In this document: in pieces, positions 50,616-60,647 of the stretch
Numbering within the stretch: the first letter of the stretch is position 1
Layout: every line of letters begins with the position of its first letter
NCBI GenBank assembly: GCA_038213805.1
Contig: JBBQSO010000017.1
Span: 1 to 64,000 of the forward strand
Origin: Planctomycetota bacterium
GTDB taxonomy: Bacteria; Planctomycetota; UBA11346
DNA: 64,000 nt
Reading direction: 5' to 3'
Notes under the pieces: generated by a model
Told to the model about the DNA's origin: nothing
The model's input: only the letters and a program-made list of their open reading frames with translations
Databases searched by the model: none
Program-made: the position numbers and the translations under genes

Positions 50616-51158
50616 ATGGACAGGCATATGGACAGCGACCTCGCCCTCATCTCCGCGCGTTTCCTGGCCGGCCGCGAGCGGCTGTTCGCCTACGCCCTGG
50701 CGCTGGTACGCACGCGCGCCGTGGCCGAGGACATCTTCCAGGACTCCTACCTGGCGCTGGTGAAGGCGGTCGAACGTGGCGACGTCATCGCCGATCTGCC
50801 GGCGTGGTGCCGCGGCGTGGTGCGCAACCTGGCGCTGCGCCACTGGCAGGAGCGCGAGCGCGTGGCGCGGCTGCCCGCGGCCGCGCTGCTCGACGGCATC
50901 GAGCGCGCGTTCGCGGAGGCGGACGAGGAGGGTGAGGACGATGAGGCGCTGCTCGCCGCGCTCGCCACCTGCCGCGCTGGCCTGGGCGCCCCGGCCAGCG
51001 CGCTGCTCGACCTCAAGTACGTGCACGACCTGCCGATGCGCGCCATCGCCGCGCGCTCGGGGCGCAGCGAGCGCGCGGTGATCACCGCCCTGGCGTTGAT
51101 CCGCCGGCGCCTGATGGAGTGCATCGCTCTGCGCTTGGCGGAGTCCGCGCATGGGTGA
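50616..51158 (+). CDS. ECF sigma-70 factor (Rhodopirellula/Verrucomicrobium-like)
   Basis: LFAYALALV..AEDIFQD, WCRGVVRN, region 4 LKY..IAARSGRS..LIRRRLMECI; start 50616 or 50628. Confidence 0.9.
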   Translation: MDRHMDSDLALISARFLAGRERLFAYALALVRTRAVAEDIFQDSYLALVKAVERGDVIADLPAWCRGVVRNLALRHWQERERVARLPAAALLDGIERAFAEADEEGEDDEALLAALATCRAGLGAPASALLDLKYVHDLPMRAIAARSGRSERAVITALALIRRRLMECIALRLAESAHG

Positions 51159-52536
51159 CCGCGACGAGCTCATTCAGCGCTGGGAACTGGGCCAGGCCGA
51201 CGCTGCGGACGAGGCGGCGCTGGCTGAGCTGCTGCGCGATCCTGCAGCACGGCGTGCTTTCGTCCGCAACGCGCGGATCGCCGCGGCGCTCGGCGCGCCG
51301 GCGGCCGTGGCCGAGGTGCCGGCGCCCACCATCATGCCGCGCCGCGCTAAGGCGCTGCGCCTGCGCCGCGAGCGCCCGTCCGCCGGACCGCGCTGGGCGA
51401 TCGCCGCCAGTGTGCTGCTGAGCGTCGCGCTGGGCGCCTTCCTGATGCGGTCGATGCCGGATCACGAGCAGTCGGGAGCCGCTCACCGGCCGGCGGTCGC
51501 CGTCCAGCCTCCGGCGCCGGTGCCCACGCCCGTCACGCTGGCGTTCGCGCGCCTCGCGAGCGCGGGCGACGCGCGCATCCGCGCCGCCGATGGCCGCGAA
51601 CGCACCGGGCGCGACGGCGAGGCGCTCGCACCCGGCGAGACCGTGGTGGCCGGCGCGCAGGCCGCGGTGCTGGTCCTGCGCGGCGACGCCGCGCGGCTGG
51701 AGCTGGCCGCCGGGTCCAGCCTCGGACTGCCGGCCGGCTCCGCCGACCCCGCCACCAGGGCGGTGCGGCTCGAACTCGCCAACGGCACGGTCCACGCCGA
51801 GGTCACACCGCGGCCCGCCGGCGCGCCGTTCCTGATCGCCGCGCCGCTCGCCAGCGCCGAGGTGGTGGGCACCGGCTTCACCTTCGCCACCGCCGTCACT
51901 GGTGCGCGCCTCGTCGTCGATCATGGCGCAGTACGCTTGGCCACGCCCGGGGACCCTGGCGTTGTGATCGCCGCCGGGCGCACCGGCATCGTGAGCGAGG
52001 CTCTTGCCAGTCTGGTGCCCGCGACGGCGGACGCCGACCGGCCGCTGCCCGCGGGAAGCCGCGTGCTGTGGCGCTGGGGCCCCGCGGATGCGACCGGTTG
52101 GCGCGGCACCATCGCCGACGCGGCGGACGGCGGACCGGCCTGGCGCTCGGTGGCCGCGCTGCCCGGCGACGCCTGGGCCTGCGCCGAACTGCGCACGCCC
52201 CAGGACCGCGGCGGTTGGGCGGTCGAGGCCGGCACCTGGCTGCGCTTCCGCTACCACGTCGAGCGCTTTGCGCCGGAGCTTGAGCTGGTCGTGCATCTCA
52301 AGCCGGGTGACGAGTCGAACTATTCCCAGCGCCTGGTGCCCGATCCCGGCGACGGCTGGCACCAGGCCCTGCTGCGCGTGGATGGCGCCTTTCTGCCGGT
52401 CGACCGCGCCCAGGTGCCGCTCGCCATCGGCGAGCGCATCCACGGCGCGGTGTGGGCCGCCATGCACGCCGTGGGCGCGGCGGTGCCGCCGGCGCGCTTC
52501 TGGATCCGCGACGCGGTGGTGTTCGTGGTCCCGTAG
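51151..52536 (+). CDS. FecR-domain anti-sigma factor with C-terminal beta-sandwich
   Basis: Overlaps sigma gene; TM WAIAASVLL; LELANG..AEV..AEVVGTGF..VDHGAV; CBM-like C-terminus. Confidence 0.85.
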   Translation: MGDRDELIQRWELGQADAADEAALAELLRDPAARRAFVRNARIAAALGAPAAVAEVPAPTIMPRRAKALRLRRERPSAGPRWAIAASVLLSVALGAFLMRSMPDHEQSGAAHRPAVAVQPPAPVPTPVTLAFARLASAGDARIRAADGRERTGRDGEALAPGETVVAGAQAAVLVLRGDAARLELAAGSSLGLPAGSADPATRAVRLELANGTVHAEVTPRPAGAPFLIAAPLASAEVVGTGFTFATAVTGARLVVDHGAVRLATPGDPGVVIAAGRTGIVSEALASLVPATADADRPLPAGSRVLWRWGPADATGWRGTIADAADGGPAWRSVAALPGDAWACAELRTPQDRGGWAVEAGTWLRFRYHVERFAPELELVVHLKPGDESNYSQRLVPDPGDGWHQALLRVDGAFLPVDRAQVPLAIGERIHGAVWAAMHAVGAAVPPARFWIRDAVVFVVP

Positions 52537-52597
52537 CGCGCGCGAACCTGGCCGCGGCCGTATGCACCGACCGGATTCACGCTCCGCACCTGTCACT

Positions 52598-52629
52598 CCA
52601 CGTTCCTCCGTCCACGTTCCTCCGTCCAC
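52598..52629 (+). repeat. 14-nt tandem repeat (TCCACGTTCCTCCG)x2+
   Basis: Direct reading in 5' region of next gene. Confidence 0.75.
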
Positions 52630-52653
52630 AATCCGCCCCGAGGATGCCTGCCC

Positions 52654-54450
52654 ATGATCCGCGCCATCGTCGCATCCATCCTGCACGCGTGCACCACCCT
52701 CGCCTTCGTCCCCGCGCTTACCGCCGCGGATGCCGCCACGCCGCACGGCGAGCCGGTGCTCGAGGTCGCGACCCTGCGCAGCGTCGGCTTCCACTGGCTG
52801 ATCGACGGCGACGCCAACGCCAATGCGCGCATCGACCTGCAGCTGCGCGTGGTTGGCGAGCACGCCTGGCGCCCGGGCGCGCCGCTGTTCCGCAACGAGC
52901 GTCGTCCCAAGCCTTACAAGGACCAGGGCGGCCAGCCGCGCACCAGCCTGCTGGTCATCCCGCCCGGCGGCGAACTGTTCGCCGGCAGCGCGGTGCAGCT
53001 CCAGCCTGGCACCGCGTACGAGTTCAAGCTCACCCTCAGCGATCCTGACGGCGGCCGGGCCGAGCACCTGCTGACCGGTCGCACCGCGGTCGAGCCGCAG
53101 GTCGATCCCGCGGCGCCACTGCGCCACGTGGTGCCTGGCGACGGCGGCGGCAGCGGCACCAGCGCGGACCCCTTCAAGGGCGTGCAGGCGGCGCAGGCGG
53201 CCGCGCAGCCCGGCGATCATTTCCTGCTGCACGCCGGCACCTACGCGCACGGTACGTGGGAGATCACGCGCAGCGGCGAACCCGGCAAGCCGATCATCTG
53301 GGGCGCCGCCGGTGACGGCGAGGCGGTGATCGACGGCGGGCGCGCGTCGGACCACCTCGATGGCGCGGCGATCAAGGCCGACGGTGCCCACGACGTGTGG
53401 TTCGAACACCTCGCCATCCGCAACGCCTTCAACGGCATCCGCGCGCACGGCGCCGACCGCCTGGTCATCCGGCGCTGCCACTTCACCGCCTTCATCTGCG
53501 GCGTGGTCGGGGTCAGCCCCGACCCGCAGCGCCCGCAGAGCGGCTGGTTCGTCACCGACAATCTCATGGAGGGGGTGCAGACGTGGCCGAAGACCGGCGC
53601 CGAGTACGCGGTCGGCCTGGAATCGCGCGCGGTGTGGCTGACCGGCAGCGGCCACGTCATCGCCTGGAACCGTATCCACCACGTCAAGGACGGCATCGAT
53701 ACCGGCGATGGCGCCCGCTGCGACAACATCGACATCCACGGCAACGACATCAGCGAGTGCTTCGATGACGGCAGCGAGCTGGACGGCAGCGAGCGCAACG
53801 TGCGCTGCTTCGAGAACCGCTACACCGACGTGCTGGTCGGGGTGTCCTTCCAGCCGGTCTACGGCGGCCCGGTCTACGCCTTCCGCAACGCCATCTACAA
53901 CATCCGCGGCGAGCCGTTCAAGCTGCACAACTCCCCGACCGGTGCGGTCATCTTCCACAACACCGCGGTGCGCTTCGGCGCGCCGTCGTGGGTCAGCACC
54001 GAGGACAGTCCGGTCGACTGCGTGCTGCGCAATAACCTCTTCGTCGGCACCGAGGGCCGCGCCGCCAACTACGAACCACCGATGGTCCGCTGCGATTTCG
54101 ACTACGACGGCTTCGCTGGTTTTTCCGGTGATGTTTTTCTGAAGTGGTGCGGCGAGAAGTACGCCACCATCGCCGAGGTCCGCGCCAAGGCCACGATCTA
54201 CCGCCACGCCATCGCGCTGCCGACCGCCGGCCTGTTCGCCAGTGGCTTGGCCGCGCCGACCGCCGACGGGCTGATCTTCGACGCGGCCAAGCTCGACCTG
54301 CGCCTGCACGCTGGCAGCGCGGCGATCGACGCCGGCGCGCCGCTGCCCGGGTTCAACGACGGCTGCGCGGGGAAGGGGCCGGATCTGGGGGCGTTTGAGC
54401 TGGGGGCGACGGTGCCGGAGTATGGGATCCGACCGGAATCGGCGCGTTGA
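52654..54450 (+). CDS. Secreted Fn3-like + beta-helix protein, paralog of 48292-50451
   Basis: LQPGTAYEFKLTLSDPDG; NDISECFDDG; QPVYGGP; FKLHN; PDLGAFE. Confidence 0.85.
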   Translation: MIRAIVASILHACTTLAFVPALTAADAATPHGEPVLEVATLRSVGFHWLIDGDANANARIDLQLRVVGEHAWRPGAPLFRNERRPKPYKDQGGQPRTSLLVIPPGGELFAGSAVQLQPGTAYEFKLTLSDPDGGRAEHLLTGRTAVEPQVDPAAPLRHVVPGDGGGSGTSADPFKGVQAAQAAAQPGDHFLLHAGTYAHGTWEITRSGEPGKPIIWGAAGDGEAVIDGGRASDHLDGAAIKADGAHDVWFEHLAIRNAFNGIRAHGADRLVIRRCHFTAFICGVVGVSPDPQRPQSGWFVTDNLMEGVQTWPKTGAEYAVGLESRAVWLTGSGHVIAWNRIHHVKDGIDTGDGARCDNIDIHGNDISECFDDGSELDGSERNVRCFENRYTDVLVGVSFQPVYGGPVYAFRNAIYNIRGEPFKLHNSPTGAVIFHNTAVRFGAPSWVSTEDSPVDCVLRNNLFVGTEGRAANYEPPMVRCDFDYDGFAGFSGDVFLKWCGEKYATIAEVRAKATIYRHAIALPTAGLFASGLAAPTADGLIFDAAKLDLRLHAGSAAIDAGAPLPGFNDGCAGKGPDLGAFELGATVPEYGIRPESAR

Positions 54451-54798
54451 CCATGCGCTGACGGCATGCGCATGGTCGAGCTGCCGATCGGCGCCCCCAG
54501 CGGCTGGAGCGATGCACCGCGTACGTCCGGTGCACGGGCGTCCGCTTTGGGGGTCGAGCGCCAGCCCGACCGCATCGGGACCGATCTGTTACAGCCGGGA
54601 TCGTCCTTTGGCGCTCATCGCCAGGCGCAGGGCGGGAGTTGCCGTTACACCTGGGCCTTCTGGCGCCACTATCGCGCATGCGCGCTGCGCACCAGCTGGG
54701 TACGGAGCGACCGGTTCATCCCTCCGCGCCGCATCGACCCTGCGCGGATCCTGCCGACCATCCCGATCTTCCGAACCCCCGCAGCTTCGAGACCGCCT

Positions 54799-55866
54799 AT
54801 GAACCGCCTCGCTCTTCTCCTCTTCGCCACCCTGTTCGTCAGTGGCTGCCAGCGCGACGACACCGGCGCTGCGCCCAGCGCCACCCCGGCCCTCGCCATC
54901 CTGTCAGCGTTCACGGCGTCCGACGTGCCCGCGACCGGCCCCGCCGAGCAGCCGGTCGAGCCGCTCAAGGCCACCATCGATCCGAACCTTGCCGCGACCC
55001 TGCCCGGCGCGGGTCTGGCCGAGCACCCGATGCTCTACATCGGCGAAGGGCACAACACCATGCTGCTGGTCGCGGGCGGCAAGGTGATGTGGACCTACTC
55101 CACCGGCAAGGGGTGGGAATACGACGACATCTGGCTGCTCAGCAACGGCAACGTGCTGTTCTCGCGCATGGGCTACGCGGCGGAGATCACCCCGCAGAAG
55201 CAGGAGATCTGGCACCGCGACGCGGCGCCCGGCACCGAGATCCACTCGCTGCAGCCGCTCGGCCTCGACCGCATCCTGATGCTCGTGAACGGCCCCGCGC
55301 CGACGGTCATGATCATCGACGCGAAATCGGGCGCGGTGCGTGAGGAGCACATCCTGGTCCCGCCCGGCGGTGCGCCCCCCGGCGGAGTCCACGGCCAGTT
55401 CCGCCGCATCCGCGCCACCGCGGCGGGCACCTATCTGGTCTCGTGGTTGGGACTCGGGAAGGTCGTCGAATATGACCGGGATTTCCACGAGATCTGGTCC
55501 TACGCCACGCCGCGCCCGTGGGCGGCGATCCGCCTGCACAACGGCAACACCTTGATCAGCGACGAGAGCCTGCGCCTGGTGCGCGAGGTGACGCCCGCCG
55601 GCGCTACCGCCTGGGAATTCAAACTCGCCGACCTGCCGCCCGGCATCCCCTTCCCCGACTCGCAGACCTGCGTGCGCCTGGCCAACGGCAACACCGTGCT
55701 GTGTTCGCGCGGCGCGAACGGCAAGGGCTGCCAGCTGGTCGAGATCACGCCCGCCAAACAGGTGACCTGGGCGCTCTACGACTGGAAGAATTTCGGCCCT
55801 GCGACCGCGGTACAGATGCTCGATGAGCCGGGCATGCCCGAGCGGCCAGGCGACCTGCAGCGCTGA
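54799..55866 (+). CDS. Beta-propeller lipoprotein (arylsulfotransferase/PQQ-like repeats)
   Basis: Lipobox VSGC; repeated L-x-NGNTL/V and EIT/EVTP..W blades. Confidence 0.75.
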   Translation: MNRLALLLFATLFVSGCQRDDTGAAPSATPALAILSAFTASDVPATGPAEQPVEPLKATIDPNLAATLPGAGLAEHPMLYIGEGHNTMLLVAGGKVMWTYSTGKGWEYDDIWLLSNGNVLFSRMGYAAEITPQKQEIWHRDAAPGTEIHSLQPLGLDRILMLVNGPAPTVMIIDAKSGAVREEHILVPPGGAPPGGVHGQFRRIRATAAGTYLVSWLGLGKVVEYDRDFHEIWSYATPRPWAAIRLHNGNTLISDESLRLVREVTPAGATAWEFKLADLPPGIPFPDSQTCVRLANGNTVLCSRGANGKGCQLVEITPAKQVTWALYDWKNFGPATAVQMLDEPGMPERPGDLQR

Positions 55867-55867
55867 C

Positions 55868-56914
55868 TCAGGCCGTCACCCGCGCTTCGGCGTACGTCAC
55901 CATGCGGTCCAGCTGCGGGTCCCACAGGTACAGCGCGAGGCAGGCGCGGATGTCGCGCAGGCGCCACGAGGTGCGTCCGGGGCTCTGCAGCTCGGGCATG
56001 CCCTCCATCGCCTCGCGCAGGCGGTAGAAGGGGATGCGGTGGTTGAGGTGGTGGACGTGGTGGAAGCCGATCGAACCGGTGAACCAGTGCATCATCGGAC
56101 TCATCTCGAACATGCTCGATGAGGTCAGCGCGGCGCCAGCGTACGACCAGTCGTGGCGCCGCGCGAGCTTGAGGCCCGGGAAATTGTGCTGCGCGTAGAA
56201 CAGGTACGAGCCGATCGCCATCGACAGCAGGCTGGGCACGACCTGCACGCACAGCGCGGTCACCCAGCCCCACTGCCAGGCCAGGGCGGTGAACACCAGG
56301 GCGTGCAGCAGCGCCGTGATCAGCGCGCCCCAGTGGCGCCGTGGCTGGCGGATGAAGGCGGCGCCGACCATTCCGCCCAGGATCAGCGTCAGATAGCCGG
56401 CGAGCATGGTGAGCCCGTGGCGGGCGAAGCGGTAGCGGAGCAACGCCCCGGGCGTCAGGCGCGCGGCCATCGCCACCGACAGGATGGGAAAGGTGCCGAC
56501 CATCGAGCCGAGCTGGCGGGCATTGTTCTGGTGGTGGTGGTCGTGGGTCTCCTTCCACACCGAGCGGATGGTCAGCAGGTAGATGCCGACCAACGACATC
56601 AGCGCCTGTGCCAGCACATCGCGGGCGAACAGCGCCCCGTGGAGGGTGTCGTGGTAGAAGATGAACAGCCGCACCTGGACCAGACCAACCAGCAATCCGG
56701 CCGCGATCTGCAACGGCCAGGACTGGAAATGGAAGACCAGCCACAGGCCGGTACCCAGCACGATCAGGGTCTCGAGCAGCAGTCGCCAGCTCGTCCAGCG
56801 GTTCTCGGCCTGGAAGCCCTGCGACGCGCGCACCAGCTCGGCGCCGCTGCGCGGCGGGATCGCCTCGGCAGCTGCCGCGACTGGCGCTTCATCTGCCAAC
56901 TCAACACTCACCAT
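55868..56914 (-). CDS. Membrane fatty acid desaturase
   Basis: His boxes HDTLH, HDHHH, HHVHH; YAQHNF; RIPFYRL. Confidence 0.93.
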   Translation of the reverse strand: MVSVELADEAPVAAAAEAIPPRSGAELVRASQGFQAENRWTSWRLLLETLIVLGTGLWLVFHFQSWPLQIAAGLLVGLVQVRLFIFYHDTLHGALFARDVLAQALMSLVGIYLLTIRSVWKETHDHHHQNNARQLGSMVGTFPILSVAMAARLTPGALLRYRFARHGLTMLAGYLTLILGGMVGAAFIRQPRRHWGALITALLHALVFTALAWQWGWVTALCVQVVPSLLSMAIGSYLFYAQHNFPGLKLARRHDWSYAGAALTSSSMFEMSPMMHWFTGSIGFHHVHHLNHRIPFYRLREAMEGMPELQSPGRTSWRLRDIRACLALYLWDPQLDRMVTYAEARVTA

Positions 56915-57440
56915 GGTCGCTGCGCATCCTCGGGTGTGTGCGGGCATGAGCCGTCGGGATCGCCACTCTGAAACATGGTGGGCCAAGGGTATGATTAACC
57001 CGCGGTCCGGAAGGTGGCGCGCGGGGCACCGGCACCGTGCCCCCAAGCGCTGCCGATGTTCGCGGTGGTGATGAAGGGCGCATGAAGTGTGGCGCGCACA
57101 AGGATTAGGCGGATGCGCCGTGGTCGGCCCGCCGCCGTAGCCAGCGGCGGGCCAGGATCTCGGCCTCGACCCCGCAGGCCAGCCGACGCAGGGCGTCGTC
57201 CGTCGACCGGTGCGCTGAGCAGCGCCACCCACCGTCGTCATGCATTCCGCAGGGTCATCCGAGGAGGAAGAATGGTGATTTTCCCTCAAAAAAGCGTTGC
57301 CCCTGAAGTTCACGCGGGCGAAGATGATCCCCGCTCCGGGTCGCGCCCGGGCCAACGTCGCCGCCCTCGGCTCCGTCTCCCCATGCCCGCGTCTCCGCCG
57401 TCCTCGCCCCAGCGACGGCTCCGCCGCAAAGGACCGCCGT

Positions 57441-58850
57441 ATGCGCACCCTCCTCCTGCTCCTGTTGTCTGCTCTCACCCTGCTGCGCGCCGGCGAGGCT
57501 GCCAAGCCCGCCTACGAGGTGATCGACTGGTCGAAGGCGCCCAAGGGCCAGTCCGGCGACCTCCACGGCGAGCTCAAGCACCCGGTCAAGAACTCCTCGA
57601 TCATGCGCTGGCACATCTTCGCGCCGGCGGTCCTGCCTGACAAGCCGATCCTCGGGCTGATCCTCGCCTTCCACGGCCTGAACGGCAACGAGGACTCCCA
57701 GACCGGGATGGCGCACCAGAGCTTCGCCGAGAGCGCGCTGGCCGAGGGCTACGTCATCGCCGGCGGCAAGTCGCTGGGCACCGGCTGGTCTTCCGGCGAC
57801 GAGGCGGCGCTGCAGCAGTTCGTCGACTGGCTGCAGACCGTCTACCCGATCGACAAGCGGCGCATGTTCATCTGGGGCCACTCCAACGGCGGCTTCATGT
57901 CGAGCTGGTTCGGCAGCCGCCACGCCGACCGCTTCGCCGGCCTGGTGCGCTTCAGTGGCTACGCCCAGGACGTGCCCGACAAGGCCGGCATGGGCCTGGA
58001 ATACTACGTCGTCCACGGCGAGGCCGACCCGACCGTGAAGGTCGACCAGTCGCGCACCCTGCGCGACCGCCTCATGCACGGCTTCCACTACGTCTACCGC
58101 GAGATCAAGGGCGCCGACCACGGCAATTTCTTCGCCATCAAGCCGCTGCGCGACGACGCGGCACGCTGGATCGACGGCCTGCGCCACAAGACCGTCGCGC
58201 CCACCGAGAGCGAGCGCATCTGGCTCAAGGGCGTACTCACCGACCACACCGGCGACCCGCTGGCCAAGCCCGAGACCTGGACGGAGCTGGTGCGCATCGG
58301 CGGCGCGCTCGCCTGGCAGGTCGCCGGTCGCGCCGCGAAAGCCAAGGAGCCGGCCGTGCGCCTGGCCCTCGCCCAGGCCTGCGCACGTGTCCGCTTCGAC
58401 GATGACGAGGCGGTGGCCGCACTGGCGAAGCTGTCCGACGACGCCGACGCCGGCGTGCGCACCGCCGCCATCGCCGCCCTGACCGTGCACGCGAACTGGC
58501 ACGACCAGGCGGCCCAGACCGTGCTGGTCAAACTGGCGATGAACAAGAAGCGCAGCGGCGAGGATCGCATGTCCGCCAGCACCGGTCTGGCCCAGGTTCT
58601 TGCCCTGCCCATGCTCGGCACCTGGACCGATGACCCCGCCCTGTTCGAGGGCGCGGTGGCGCTGCTCGACAGCGACGTCGACGACATCCGCACCACCATC
58701 TTCGCGCCCATCAAGCCGGCGGTGGTGGACGGCCTGGGCTACGATCCGCTGGCCGCGGCCCCGGCGCGCAAGGCGCCGATCGAGGCGTGGCGCACCTGGT
58801 TCAGCGTGCGCAGCACGACCACCGGTGGCAAGACGGTCGCGGGGAAATAG
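57441..58850 (+). CDS. Secreted alpha/beta hydrolase (esterase) fused to HEAT repeats
   Basis: FHG, GHSNGG, HGEADPTV, GADH; C-terminal HEAT motifs AVRLALAQA, GVRTAAIAAL. Confidence 0.8.
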   Translation: MRTLLLLLLSALTLLRAGEAAKPAYEVIDWSKAPKGQSGDLHGELKHPVKNSSIMRWHIFAPAVLPDKPILGLILAFHGLNGNEDSQTGMAHQSFAESALAEGYVIAGGKSLGTGWSSGDEAALQQFVDWLQTVYPIDKRRMFIWGHSNGGFMSSWFGSRHADRFAGLVRFSGYAQDVPDKAGMGLEYYVVHGEADPTVKVDQSRTLRDRLMHGFHYVYREIKGADHGNFFAIKPLRDDAARWIDGLRHKTVAPTESERIWLKGVLTDHTGDPLAKPETWTELVRIGGALAWQVAGRAAKAKEPAVRLALAQACARVRFDDDEAVAALAKLSDDADAGVRTAAIAALTVHANWHDQAAQTVLVKLAMNKKRSGEDRMSASTGLAQVLALPMLGTWTDDPALFEGAVALLDSDVDDIRTTIFAPIKPAVVDGLGYDPLAAAPARKAPIEAWRTWFSVRSTTTGGKTVAGK

Positions 58851-58859
58851 CGCCCGCCG

Positions 58860-60647
58860 TCAATCCTTGCCGACGTGACAGGTGCGGCAGACCGTGCTCT
58901 GGTTGAGGCGGTCGATGGTATGGCGCCCCGGCTGGTAGGGCGAAAGTTCCGCGTGGCATGCGCTGCAGGCCAGCGCATCGCGCAGCACCACGGTGTGGAC
59001 GCGTTCGAAGTGCTGGAAGCCGGTGCGCTGCGCGCCGACCAGGGTGGCGAGGTCGTGGCAGACCAGGCAGGCCGCCTGCGGCGTGCGTACGGCCGCGGGA
59101 TCCGCGACGACAACGGCGGGCGCCGGTGGCAGCGCGTGCGGCGCGGCGCCCGGCAGCGCCGCGATGGCGCGGCCGGCGAGGCGGCCCTGCAGGATCGCCG
59201 GACCGAGGAAGGTGCCTTCCAGCGCGGCCTTGCCGTTGAAGCCGCCCTGGCCGGTGACCTCGCCCACCGCGTAGAGGTTCGCGATCGGCTGCTGCCCGGC
59301 ATCCAGCACCCGGCAGTCAAGGTCGACGCGGATGCCACCCATGCTCTTGCGCGTCACCGGGAAGAACTGGGCGGCGTAGAACGGTGGCGTGGCGATGCGC
59401 TGCGGCGGTGCTGCGCCGCCCGGCTCAAAGCGCTTGAAGTCGGCGTCGTCACCCGCGTCGATGGCGGCGTTGTAGCGCGCGACCGCGCCCTCGACCGCCG
59501 CCGGCGGCAAGCCCCAGGCGGTGGCCAGCCCGGCCAGGGTCGGCGCCGACTTCATCAGGGCGGGATTGTCGTAGAGCAGTTTCTGGATCTTCTCCGGGTT
59601 GGTGAAGTCGCTGCCCGCGACCAGCAGATCCTTGCGGCCGGCCTGGTCGAAGAGCATGAAGTACGTCGTCTGGCGCACGCGCAGCACCGCCGGCAGGGTG
59701 AACTTTGGGCCGGACACCTCGTTGGTGAAGCGCTGGCCGTCGAGATCGAGCCAGATCGCATTGGGGTTGCGTGCATGGATGCCGCGCGTGCCGTCGGGAT
59801 AGCGCGGATCAGGCAGTCCGGTCGGGTAGTTCCATTGGTGGTCGAGCCTGCTGACCGCGGCGCCGACGCTGCGCGCCAGATCCAGGCCCGAGCCGCGCGC
59901 GTTGATGCCCGAGCCGATCAGCAGCCGCTGCGGGAAGGGCTGGCCCTGCGGCCAGTTCTCCTGCACCCAGGCGAGGTTGCTCTGGAAGCCGCCGGTGGCG
60001 ATCACCACCGCCAGGCGCGCGCGCCACGCCACCGCCGTGCCGGTGCGGATCGCGACGCCCTTCACGCCGCTGACGCGGCCCTGCTCGACCACCAGCGCGT
60101 CGACGCGGGTGTTCCAGCGGAAGGCGATCAGCGGCTCGTGCAGGCACTGCTGGTAGAGCGGCACCACCAGGCCGATGCCGCGATCCTTGGGGATGTGCAT
60201 GCGCGGCACCGAATTGCCGGGAGGCTTGAGGAAGCCCTCGAACTGCACGCCCTGAGCGACCAGCCAGTCGTAGAGCTCGACGCGCGAGTGTTCGACGTAG
60301 TAGTCGACCCACGGCACGTTGTTGTCCTCGCCCCAGGCGAGCACGTCGCGGCGCGCCAGCGCGGGCGAGTCGGCGATGCCTTTCTGCTCCTGGAAGGCGG
60401 TGCCGACGATGCACACGCCGCCGGTGGCCATGACCGCGTGCCCGCCGAACACCGACCACATGTCGACCACCTGTACGCTCAGGCCGTGGCGCGCCGCCTC
60501 CAGCGCGGTGCACAGGCCCGCGATGCCGGCGCCGACCACCACCACGTCGGGCGCGTCGGCGGGCAGCGGCGGCTCCGCTGCGGTGGCAGGGTGCTGGAGC
60601 ACGATGAGCATAGCCAGCGCGGCGAGGCGGTGGGTGGTCGCTGACAT
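58860..60647 (-). CDS. Secreted FAD_binding_2 flavoprotein with C-terminal tri-haem cytochrome c
   Basis: VVVGAGIAG, IATGGF, GQRFTNE, LYAVGE; CLVCH, CSACH, CRTCH. Confidence 0.85.
   Translation of the reverse strand: MSATTHRLAALAMLIVLQHPATAAEPPLPADAPDVVVVGAGIAGLCTALEAARHGLSVQVVDMWSVFGGHAVMATGGVCIVGTAFQEQKGIADSPALARRDVLAWGEDNNVPWVDYYVEHSRVELYDWLVAQGVQFEGFLKPPGNSVPRMHIPKDRGIGLVVPLYQQCLHEPLIAFRWNTRVDALVVEQGRVSGVKGVAIRTGTAVAWRARLAVVIATGGFQSNLAWVQENWPQGQPFPQRLLIGSGINARGSGLDLARSVGAAVSRLDHQWNYPTGLPDPRYPDGTRGIHARNPNAIWLDLDGQRFTNEVSGPKFTLPAVLRVRQTTYFMLFDQAGRKDLLVAGSDFTNPEKIQKLLYDNPALMKSAPTLAGLATAWGLPPAAVEGAVARYNAAIDAGDDADFKRFEPGGAAPPQRIATPPFYAAQFFPVTRKSMGGIRVDLDCRVLDAGQQPIANLYAVGEVTGQGGFNGKAALEGTFLGPAILQGRLAGRAIAALPGAAPHALPPAPAVVVADPAAVRTPQAACLVCHDLATLVGAQRTGFQHFERVHTVVLRDALACSACHAELSPYQPGRHTIDRLNQSTVCRTCHVGKD

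Noticed and set aside
25009..52596. Isolated TGTCAC boxes near 25009, 32378, 50529 (minus) and 52591 as one regulon
   Set aside because: No shared -10 element at fixed spacing; cannot be told from chance
38474..57440. IS remnants, ncRNAs or small genes in long gaps (38474-38808, 42774-43341, 44851-45297, 56915-57440)
   Set aside because: No terminal repeats, transposase fragments, coding bias or recognisable RNA family seen; not excluded without searches
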